In this document: piece by piece, positions 57,468-63,954 of the stretch
Numbering within the stretch: the stretch's first letter is position 1
Layout: each line of letters begins with the position of its first letter
From: a virus
Lineage: Duplodnaviria > Caudoviricetes
Length of the DNA stretch: 64,000 nt
Virus record (IMG/VR): IMGVR_UViG_3300010338_000470
Direction: 5' to 3' (one strand)
Made by a program: the position numbers and the translations under genes
Notes under the pieces: model-generated
Database searches by the model: none
Told to the model about the DNA's origin: nothing
The model's input: only the letters and a program-made list of their open reading frames with translations

Positions 57468-58013
57468 TTAACCGGAGATCGCCTCAGCTTGAAGGTTGTC
57501 GACACCGAAGAGTGGCTTCAGCAAGACTCCACAGTCCGCCAGGTTGTCAAAACCTCCCACTTGACGATCGATCACACAAAGAGCGCAATCCACGGCAGCC
57601 CCCAAGTGACGAAGGTCGCCAACTGAGGTAATGATCTGACCGCCTGAAGTTACGACATCCTCGATAACTAGAGTCTGCCTTCCTTCTACATTAAACCCCT
57701 CCACCAAGCGTTCTGTTCCGTAGGCCTTGGCCTCCTTCCGCACGAACGCCACCGGAAGGTCGGTTTCCAAGGATAACCCAACAGCGATAGGAATCCCGCC
57801 CATCTCCAGTCCAGCTAAACACTCGGTCTCATCGGGGATGAGCGAGACTAGGGCAGAACAGATACGTCGCAATAGTTCCGGGTCCGATTCAAATTGATAC
57901 TTGTCGAAGTATCGATCAGACGTGGACCCAGAGCGAAGGGTGAAGGTACCCACCGTTTCGCACCTATTGCTTAGTTGCGATCCAAGATGCTGCAAACTGT
58001 TTGTCGCCATCAA
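57468..58013 (-). CDS. pyrE: orotate phosphoribosyltransferase
   Basis: FTLRSG..YFDKY, FVRKEAKAYG, VIEDVVTSGG. Confidence 0.92.
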   Translation of the reverse strand: MMATNSLQHLGSQLSNRCETVGTFTLRSGSTSDRYFDKYQFESDPELLRRICSALVSLIPDETECLAGLEMGGIPIAVGLSLETDLPVAFVRKEAKAYGTERLVEGFNVEGRQTLVIEDVVTSGGQIITSVGDLRHLGAAVDCALCVIDRQVGGFDNLADCGVLLKPLFGVDNLQAEAISG

Positions 58014-58066
58014 TCTGCTTCTCTGGAGCGGTTACTTCGAGGGCTGATCCAGCGATCAGCCATTAG

Positions 58067-58142
58067 TGGCGGGAGAGGGATTTGAACCCTCGACCTCCTG
58101 CTTATGAGGCAGGCGAGCACATCCAGACTGCTCCACCCCGCT
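58067..58142 (-). tRNA. initiator-like tRNA-fMet(CAT)
   Basis: 1:72 mismatch; GCGGGGTGGAGCAG; T loop TTCAAAT. Confidence 0.85.
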
Positions 58143-58253
58143 ACGCAAACTATAGCACACTGGGGTCTTCACCCGATAATCTTGGCTCATAGACAACCAC
58201 GGAGAGAGGTATCCGCTAGGATTCAAGTGGAACCCATTCAGCGAAGGAAACCC

Positions 58254-59174
58254 ATGCCTTACTTGTCTCCCACCCAAGAAGAAATAGACCTAATGACCTC
58301 TCAGCTAAGCAGTCGTCTGGGAGATGCGGAAGCGAGGCTAGAGGCTCTTGAAATCCAAGTAGCAGATTTGCTGAACTCCAGTCAGCCATCCCCGATTACT
58401 CCAACCGAATGGGGTTACAACCTTACCAGCCCCACCAACCTTGAGTCGGTGGCACTCAACTTGGGTGACCCTCAGGTTGTCAGGCTCTTTTTCTCAGGTT
58501 CTCCCGGTTCAGGGGAACCAACCTGGGCTCTGGGTAAAACCGCTATCGTTAGCTTCAAGTTCAACCCGACTCAGGCCTTCCCGGCAGAGAAGCTGCGAGC
58601 CTTCCTGGCTTCCAAGCCAGCCAACGTGAAGGCCTACGTTTGCACCTATCATGAACCAGAAGGCAACATCAGAGCGTACCAATTCACGGCAGCGCAATAC
58701 CGTGACTTCGTCACAGCAACTACTTCCGTATGCCGGGAGTTCGAGAACTGTATCTCAACCCCCATCCTCATGCAATGGACCCTAGAGTCAGCCTCCGGAC
58801 GGAACGTAAACGACTATCTTGAAGGAGTCGAATACGATGTCCTCGGATGGGACGTTTACCCAAGACTAGGAACCATCAAGGACATCCAGGCTCAGCTAAA
58901 GTCCATTCACGACGAATCCGTCAAGAGGGGTAAGCCTTGGCTTATTGGTGAAGTGGGGGCCGTGAAGTACGTCGAAGGACGCCAGTACCCCCGCCCTTCC
59001 TACACTGAAGCAGATCGGGCTGTTTGGATGCTTAACACGGTAGCCCAGATCAAGGCTCTAGCTGTCCAACCTCTGGCGGTCTGCTGGTTCACTTACCCGA
59101 CCGATGGGCACCTCTACACTCTTGAATCAGCTGAGACGCAAAACGCCATGAAGCAAATTCTTGCCAACGGGTAA
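58254..59174 (+). CDS. glycoside hydrolase-like TIM barrel (clan GH-A/GH26-like) with N-terminal coiled coil
   Basis: TYHEPE (acid/base), DVLGWDVY, GKPWLIGEVG (nucleophile); AAGGA RBS. Confidence 0.75.
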   Translation: MPYLSPTQEEIDLMTSQLSSRLGDAEARLEALEIQVADLLNSSQPSPITPTEWGYNLTSPTNLESVALNLGDPQVVRLFFSGSPGSGEPTWALGKTAIVSFKFNPTQAFPAEKLRAFLASKPANVKAYVCTYHEPEGNIRAYQFTAAQYRDFVTATTSVCREFENCISTPILMQWTLESASGRNVNDYLEGVEYDVLGWDVYPRLGTIKDIQAQLKSIHDESVKRGKPWLIGEVGAVKYVEGRQYPRPSYTEADRAVWMLNTVAQIKALAVQPLAVCWFTYPTDGHLYTLESAETQNAMKQILANG

Positions 59175-59175
59175 G

Positions 59176-59526
59176 GTTGAGAAGCCCTGTAGCCGGAGTT
59201 TTGTCATTTAAGACCATCATCCATCTAGGAAGAAACCATCTCCCTCCCCCTCGCGGGGGTGCACCAACCCGGTCATAATGGGCCTGGCCGACCTAGACCT
59301 ATTTGGCTTACTACAGCTGAAGTTTACTCAGCCAGGAACATTACTGCCCTGCTGGGGGTCTCTTACACCCCCTCTTCCACCTACTGACCTGTGCCCTGAG
59401 GGCCATCGGCCGTCCGTTCGCTATGCACTTGTTGTCCTCTCGCGAGGCCCGGTTTAACCCGGCAGCTTTGCCATATGTAGCTCCGAACTTCCTCTACTTT
59501 CGCAGCGATGGTCCAGGCTTCTCAAC
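59176..59526 (-). ncRNA. rnpB: RNase P RNA
   Basis: P1 GTTGAGAAGCC/GGCTTCTCAAC; GAGGAAGTTCGGAGC and ACAAAACTCCGGCTAC P4 signatures. Confidence 0.92.
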
Positions 59527-59531
59527 ACTAG

Positions 59532-59615
59532 TGTCGGTAGAGGGACTTGAACCCTCACGCCCCTAAGGGCACTAGCCCCTCAAGCTAGCGCGTATACCAA
59601 TTCCGCCATACCGAC
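59532..59615 (-). tRNA. tRNA-Leu(GAG)
   Basis: Cloverleaf with long variable arm. Confidence 0.9.
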
Positions 59616-59620
59616 AAGTA

Positions 59621-59694
59621 TGGTCGAGATGGGGGGAATCGAACCCCCGTCATACGGTCCCAAACCGTAAGTTCTACCATTGAACTACATCTCG
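59621..59694 (-). tRNA. tRNA-Pro(TGG)
   Basis: TACGG-TTTGGGA-CCGTA. Confidence 0.9.
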
Positions 59695-59751
59695 TAAGGA
59701 GGAGACCCCTCAGTCTCACCACTTTGACGTTGCGGGCAGGTGACGCCCGGA

Positions 59752-59827
59752 TGGTGCGGTATGCCGGATTCGAACCGACTGTCTTCTCGTTGGCAACGAG
59801 ACGCATCGCCAGCAATGCTTATACCGC
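59752..59827 (-). tRNA. tRNA-Gly(GCC)
   Basis: TCTCG-TTGCCAA-CGAGA; A73. Confidence 0.85.
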
Positions 59828-59832
59828 CAAGG

Positions 59833-59908
59833 TGGAGCCCGCGAAGGGATTCGAACCCCTACTTTCTCGTTACGACGGAGACGTGCTAGCCATTAACACT
59901 ACGCAGGC
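59833..59908 (-). tRNA. tRNA-Thr(CGT)
   Basis: Loop GTCGTAA; C:C mismatch closing the stem. Confidence 0.8.
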
Positions 59909-59909
59909 A

Positions 59910-59986
59910 TGGAGCCCCCAGGGAGAATCGAACTCACCTCTTGTAGCGTACCATGCTACCGTGCTATCCATTACCACTATGGAGGC
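59910..59986 (-). tRNA. tRNA-Thr(GGT)
   Basis: GTAGC-ATGGTAC-GCTAC. Confidence 0.85.
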
Positions 59987-59989
59987 CTG

Positions 59990-60533
59990 ACAGTGATTGA
60001 GGCTCACTGTGGGCCTGAGAACTCTCCTACCCATGGCCTTGGGTCGCCTGATTTACCTAATATCCGACTTGACGGTACTTCCCCGCCCTTTTTCAGGCAA
60101 GCGCACGGATGGAACGAACACCCGCAGGGCCGAGCACATACGATACTACGTAGCTCCCCTCAATGTCGCTAGAGGTTTCTACCATTGTACCCCACCCGCT
60201 ACGCGATTGTGTAGCAAGCCTGGTAGCAACGCATGTGCCGGGTATCGCACATGTTACCCTAGCCGGTTTTTTGTTTTACCATGGATCAGCTGTATACATG
60301 CTCGGGTTAAGAGCCCTCGCCACTGTCCAAGTTCCGTGTGACCTTCACGTTCACGTAGTTGGCTAACGTTCCATGCCCGTTATTTAATATGCTCGTTCAA
60401 GCATAACCAACTACCGCTCTGAGCCTAAGATCTCTTTGAGGTCGGACTGTCCTCACCCTACAGATGTCTTAGCATCCCTGCACTGAACGGACTGGGAGCA
60501 CAACCCGTTCCTGATTGCCCCGAAGGGCTCTCA
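59990..60533 (-). ncRNA. large (about 540 nt) structured ncRNA, possibly GOLLD-like
   Basis: No credible ORF; many hairpins; lies between tRNA-Gln and tRNA-Thr. Confidence 0.65.
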
Positions 60534-60536
60534 TCG

Positions 60537-60607
60537 TTCTCCGCAGAGGAATCGAACCCCTAGCTTCTGGGCCAAAACCAGACGTGTTTCCGTTACACCA
60601 TCGGAGA
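60537..60607 (-). tRNA. tRNA-Gln(TTG)
   Basis: TCTGG-TTTTGGC-CCAGA. Confidence 0.85.
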
Positions 60608-60611
60608 ATAG

Positions 60612-60683
60612 TGGAGTCGCGGGGAATCGAACCCCGATCTTCTGGTTGCAAACCAGAGGTAATGGCCCTTATACGACGACCCC
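60612..60683 (-). tRNA. tRNA-Ala(TGC)
   Basis: G3:U70; loop TTTGCAA. Confidence 0.9.
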
Positions 60684-60686
60684 AAT

Positions 60687-60760
60687 TGGTGCACCTACGA
60701 GGAATCGAACCTCGGTCAGTCGGATGTAAGCCGACCGCTCTCCCATTAAGCTATAGGTGC
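60687..60760 (-). tRNA. tRNA-Val(TAC)
   Basis: GTCGG-CTTACAT-CCGAC. Confidence 0.9.
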
Positions 60761-60764
60761 TCGG

Positions 60765-60837
60765 TGCGGGCACCAGGGATTGAACCTGGGTCACGCAGAT
60801 ATAAGCTGCGTGGGGGCAACCAGCCCCCCCTACCCGC
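60765..60837 (-). tRNA. tRNA-Ile(TAT)
   Basis: CGCAG-CTTATAT-CTGCG; G-run D stem. Confidence 0.75.
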
Positions 60838-60852
60838 TAGATTCGACCACAG

Positions 60853-60936
60853 TGGGGGCGGTGGGATTCGAACCCACAACGGTCTTTCGACGCCGAGTTA
60901 AAAGCTCGGTCCCTTCAGCCATTCGGTCACACCCCC
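60853..60936 (-). tRNA. tRNA with Lys(TTT) anticodon and long variable arm
   Basis: CCGAG-CTTTTAA-CTCGG; variable arm CGTCGAAAGACCGTT. Confidence 0.8.
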
Positions 60937-61385
60937 AGAAGGCCATAAGATCTGGCCCATTTGCGAACAGCATTATCGCTGACGCCGTACTTGCTAGCAA
61001 TAGCCACCCATGACATTGATGCAATCTCCTGCCTGAGAACTTCAGGAGAAGGTCTTTCAACCTTCCGGCTAGCTATCCTAGCACATCTATCTGAACAATA
61101 CAACTTGTTCTTCGTTGCCGTACCACACCGCATGCAATCAACAGTGGGTGCTGAGTGCTTCTCTTTGTGTTGATCGACACTAAGCACTTCTAAGTTGTCC
61201 AGAGCATTGTTTGTGCGATCTTCGTCAATGTGGTGGACATGTTCATCTTCAAGAAGTGGTCGACCGAGTGCTTGCTCCATCAGATATCGAGGATACGACT
61301 GGCTCGTATAAACCCCATCATCACTGATGAGCACGACGATTAGTCGTCCTTCTTTGCCGTTGGAATACGGACCGTAGACCCTCAT
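60927..61385 (-). CDS. HNH homing endonuclease with C-terminal HTH, inside the tRNA array
   Basis: HVHHIDEDRTNNALDNLEVL; CMRC..YCS..C; IASKYGVSDNAVRKW. Confidence 0.88.
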   Translation of the reverse strand: MRVYGPYSNGKEGRLIVVLISDDGVYTSQSYPRYLMEQALGRPLLEDEHVHHIDEDRTNNALDNLEVLSVDQHKEKHSAPTVDCMRCGTATKNKLYCSDRCARIASRKVERPSPEVLRQEIASMSWVAIASKYGVSDNAVRKWARSYGLLGV

Positions 61386-61627
61386 GGTGAAACCTTCTTG
61401 CTGACTGGACGAATCCAGAGCGGAAGAGGAATCCAGATCCTCTCGTGGCCCTTGCCCTTGCCGAAGTCATGTTCGATCTGCACCTTATGTCTGCCCATGC
61501 AGGCGAACTTAGAACGACGTACGTTCCAATAGTGTTTTGCATTCAGAACCTTCTTGTGTTGACCTACCTTCTTATTGGCGGAAGGTACGGCGATGACTGA
61601 GAGCCATCCGGTTCTTTGGATGCGCAT
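61382..61627 (-). CDS. small basic hypothetical protein
   Basis: GAAAGG RBS; ATGA overlap. Confidence 0.55.
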   Translation of the reverse strand: MRIQRTGWLSVIAVPSANKKVGQHKKVLNAKHYWNVRRSKFACMGRHKVQIEHDFGKGKGHERIWIPLPLWIRPVSKKVSP

Positions 61628-61642
61628 GGTACCTTTCTACGA

Positions 61643-61719
61643 TGGCACGGGGGGAAGGAATCGAACCCTCGCTACACTTGGGTCAGAACCAAGCTGGCAA
61701 ACCAGCATGCCACCCCCGT
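61643..61719 (-). tRNA. tRNA-Gln(CTG), atypical D arm
   Basis: CTTGG-TTCTGAC-CCAAG; 1-nt connector. Confidence 0.75.
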
Positions 61720-61720
61720 A

Positions 61721-61834
61721 TGGTGGTTCCGGCCGGAATCGAACCGGCAACCCCCGTCGGGGCGACATCCATGTATCTGACTACAGAAATCGGGTGCTAG
61801 GGCGGGCTTTCCCCCGCAATCCTTTCGGACCACC
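61721..61834 (-). ncRNA. about 110-nt tRNA-like RNA (T arm and ACCA end, non-cloverleaf interior)
   Basis: GCCGGTTCGATTCCGGC-CGGAACCACCA; interior hairpins GCGGG/CCCGC, TCTG/CAGA, CCCC/GGGG. Confidence 0.6.
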
Positions 61835-61839
61835 CGTAG

Positions 61840-61913
61840 TGGGCATACTCGGATTCGAACCGAGAATCCTGGAAGTTTGAGTTCCGGTGCTTTGCCAGTT
61901 AGCACATATGCCC
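61840..61913 (-). tRNA. tRNA with CAA (Leu) anticodon on a short-variable-loop body
   Basis: GGAA-CTCAAAC-TTCC; 5-nt variable loop. Confidence 0.75.
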
Positions 61914-61964
61914 TAAGTTTCTCTTGCTATTCTTCCAAGTAGGCGTTTGAGCGTGACATGCGCT

Positions 61965-62008
61965 GTCTGGGTGGAAGCCAGGTGCTCTGCCAATTGGGCT
62001 AGACAGAC
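61965..62008 (-). pseudogene. 5' half of tRNA-Gly(TCC), T arm missing
   Basis: GTCTGTCTAGCCCAATTGGCAGAGCACCTGGCTTCCACCCAG followed by unrelated sequence. Confidence 0.65.
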
Positions 62009-62009
62009 A

Positions 62010-62096
62010 TGGTGCCGGAGGAGGGATTCGAACCCCCTAAGCTCAAAAGCAACTGATTTACAGTCAGCCCCAACTCACCGTCGTTGGCGCTCCGGC
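62010..62096 (-). tRNA. tRNA-Tyr(GTA)
   Basis: GCTGA-CTGTAAA-TCAGT; long variable arm; CCA. Confidence 0.9.
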
Positions 62097-62107
62097 GTGG
62101 AGCGATA

Positions 62108-62410
62108 GGTACGATGGTGTGCCACATCCATGGTTCGATGTAGCGGTTAGCCCACTGCTTGTGCAGACCCAAAGGCTTGCCCTTGTCGTCAAGCGGGCCG
62201 AGCTGTGATAGCTCTCGCACACCCTCAACGCAGGCATCCCTCATGCGCAGGATGATCTCCTCAGCCTTGGCACGATCCTCGTCGGTCATGGGCGTTACCG
62301 CCTGCATGCCCGGTTGGTTATACCTATAGTCCACCGGCAAGGCTGGATCATCTTCGATCCTGCTTAGCTGCTTCCACGTTGGGATGGCTCGACTAGATGC
62401 CGAGTTTCGA
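62108..62410 (-). pseudogene. internal fragment of a second, divergent thyX
   Basis: RNSASSRAIP...NQPGMQA...LGLHKQWANRYIEPWMWHTIV aligns with the C-extein of thyX at 6328-7083. Confidence 0.88.
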
Positions 62411-62441
62411 AGCCACTCTGACCAGACTGAGTTACACCCCC
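62409..62441 (-). pseudogene. tRNA 5' half fused to the thyX fragment
   Basis: GGGGGTGTAACTCAGTCTGGTCAGAGTGGCTTC: acceptor 5' strand, D arm and first anticodon strand. Confidence 0.75.
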
Positions 62442-62442
62442 G

Positions 62443-62517
62443 TGGCGCTCTATCCGGGACTCGAACCCGATTCTCAAGCTTGACAAGCTTGGGTGGTAAC
62501 CCATACACCAATAGAGC
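62443..62517 (-). tRNA. tRNA-Asp(GTC)
   Basis: CAAGC-TTGTCAA-GCTTG; G73; CCA. Confidence 0.9.
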
Positions 62518-62519
62518 AG

Positions 62520-62768
62520 GTGCCCCCTCTCCCCTTGCTAGCAGGAGATGACTTAGGAGGACTTTTAGGTCAGTCTGGTTTCCGGTACCCTGACGAGTAT
62601 CAGTCGACAAGGCTGCCTTGCAGCGCTACAGGGACAGGCGCGTTACCTGCCATCACCGGCACACCCCTGACTTTTGGGTGCTTCGCTCTTGTAGAAGTGG
62701 ACGGGTTGGACGTTGGCGTCTCAGCCACAAGAGTACGTCGCCCCATTACCGCTGAGTCGACCCGTCAT
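62520..62768 (-). ncRNA. about 250-nt structured ncRNA candidate
   Basis: GACGGGT/ACCCGTC, CTCAGC/GCTGAG, CTCTTGT/ACAAGAG pseudoknot, GCTGC-AAG-GCAGC, TCTCC/GGAGA. Confidence 0.55.
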
Positions 62769-62780
62769 AGATCTATCAAT

Positions 62781-63146
62781 CTAGCCTTTCCACAAGAAGT
62801 CGGGGAAGGGCTTGAAGGTCTTGTCTTCTAAGCTATCTAGACTCCAGATCCCTTGTGGTGGGGTTAGACCCGTTCGATTGAGGCGCTCATTGACTGCCTC
62901 ATTGAATGCCTCCTTGTTCCAGTAGACACCGCTGTCGCCAGAGTACGAAAACTCTGACAGACGTATGTGTTGACCGGGGTGAGGAACAGCTTCTTCAAGG
63001 GAAGCCCTCTGGTCGAACTTGAACTTGAGTTCAATTGTCCCGGAGAGATCCACGGCTGTCACAGCTTGAGTCCCATCCTCCAAAGTTTCAACCTTCGTCA
63101 CCCAGAGGGTGCCGGGAGCGTATACCATCGTAGACATGGGGGGCAT
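62781..63146 (-). CDS. hypothetical protein
   Basis: ORF MPPMSTMVYAPG... downstream of tRNA-Asn. Confidence 0.6.
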   Translation of the reverse strand: MPPMSTMVYAPGTLWVTKVETLEDGTQAVTAVDLSGTIELKFKFDQRASLEEAVPHPGQHIRLSEFSYSGDSGVYWNKEAFNEAVNERLNRTGLTPPQGIWSLDSLEDKTFKPFPDFLWKG

Positions 63147-63169
63147 CTTAACACCCCTAACTACAGAAG

Positions 63170-63242
63170 CTCTGGGACCAGGATTCGAACCCGGAACTTT
63201 CGGGTAACAACCGAACGCGTTCGCCATTTACGCCATCCCAGA
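63170..63242 (-). tRNA. tRNA-Asn(GTT)
   Basis: TTCGG-TTGTTAC-CCGAA. Confidence 0.88.
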
Positions 63243-63293
63243 ATGGTTCCGGTCTCTCCCGGATGTCAAACCACTCACGCAGGTTTCGCCTCG

Positions 63294-63367
63294 TGGTTCC
63301 TCTCAGATTCGAACTGAAGCCTCTGGGTCTTCACGCCAGCGTGCCATTCCAACTACACCAAAGAACC
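63294..63367 (-). tRNA. tRNA-Phe(GAA)
   Basis: Loop GTGAAGA; C:C closing mismatch. Confidence 0.75.
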
Positions 63368-63368
63368 A

Positions 63369-63453
63369 TGGTACTCCTGGGGGGAGTCGAACCCCCACAC
63401 CCGAAGGCAACTGAGTTTGAATCAGCCGCGTCTGCCAATTCCGCCACAGGAGC
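63369..63453 (-). tRNA. tRNA-Leu(CAA), canonical
   Basis: Leu D arm, long variable arm, CCA. Confidence 0.92.
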
Positions 63454-63463
63454 ATGACTGAAG

Positions 63464-63532
63464 CGCCCTTGCCCAGAGTCGAACTGGGTCAACTTGCTTA
63501 GGAGGCAAATGTCGGTATCCCACCGCAAGGGC
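63464..63532 (-). tRNA. non-canonical compact tRNA-Arg(CCT)
   Basis: GCCCTTG directly followed by D stem CGGT-GGGAT-ACCG; loop CTCCTAA. Confidence 0.7.
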
Positions 63533-63542
63533 AGTTGTTTAG

Positions 63543-63614
63543 CACCCCCACGGGGATTCGAACCCCGTTCTCGGACTTGAAAGGACCACGTCTTAACCCA
63601 TAGACCATGGGGGC
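63543..63614 (-). tRNA. tRNA-Glu(TTC)
   Basis: Loop CTTTCAA; G73. Confidence 0.85.
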
Positions 63615-63649
63615 AAGTTTGTGTGGTCCGGTTTTCAGAGCCACACTAG

Positions 63650-63722
63650 TGGGTGTGAGAGGATTTGAACCTCCACCAATCGGGTAAGAGCCGATCATGC
63701 TAGCCGTTAACACCACACACCC
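63650..63722 (-). tRNA. tRNA-Lys(CTT)
   Basis: ATCGG-CTCTTAC-CCGAT. Confidence 0.88.
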
Positions 63723-63881
63723 ATGAGTTGACCGCATAAAGTGCACTTGCGGCCAACTTATCATCGCGTAGGGCATTTGAGCCCCCCACTCGGCTCCGGC
63801 TGTCTATTCGCTGTTCCTCGGCAGCTAGCCGCCCTAACCCCTAGGAGGATGAATCCTGTGGGAGGGGAGGATTTTCTTGCG

Positions 63882-63954
63882 TCGGCATGGAGAGAGTTGA
63901 ACTCCCATTTCGACCTTATCAGAGTCGCGTCTTAAACCGTTGGACCACATGCCG
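63882..63954 (-). tRNA. tRNA-Ile(GAT)
   Basis: CGACT-CTGATAA-GGTCG. Confidence 0.85.

Noticed and set aside
53505-60533. Large ncRNAs as retron, DGR or group II intron components
   Set aside because: No reverse transcriptase, template/variable repeat pair or recognisable domain V in the window
61840-61913. Opal suppressor or Sec tRNA (TCA in the loop)
   Set aside because: Stem pairing sets the loop as CTCAAAC, so the anticodon is CAA; no Sec-type arms
61999-62610. 203-aa ORF as a real second thyX gene
   Set aside because: The frame runs through tRNA-Asp, a tRNA half and tRNA-Tyr; only the middle ~100 codons are ThyX-like and both termini are missing
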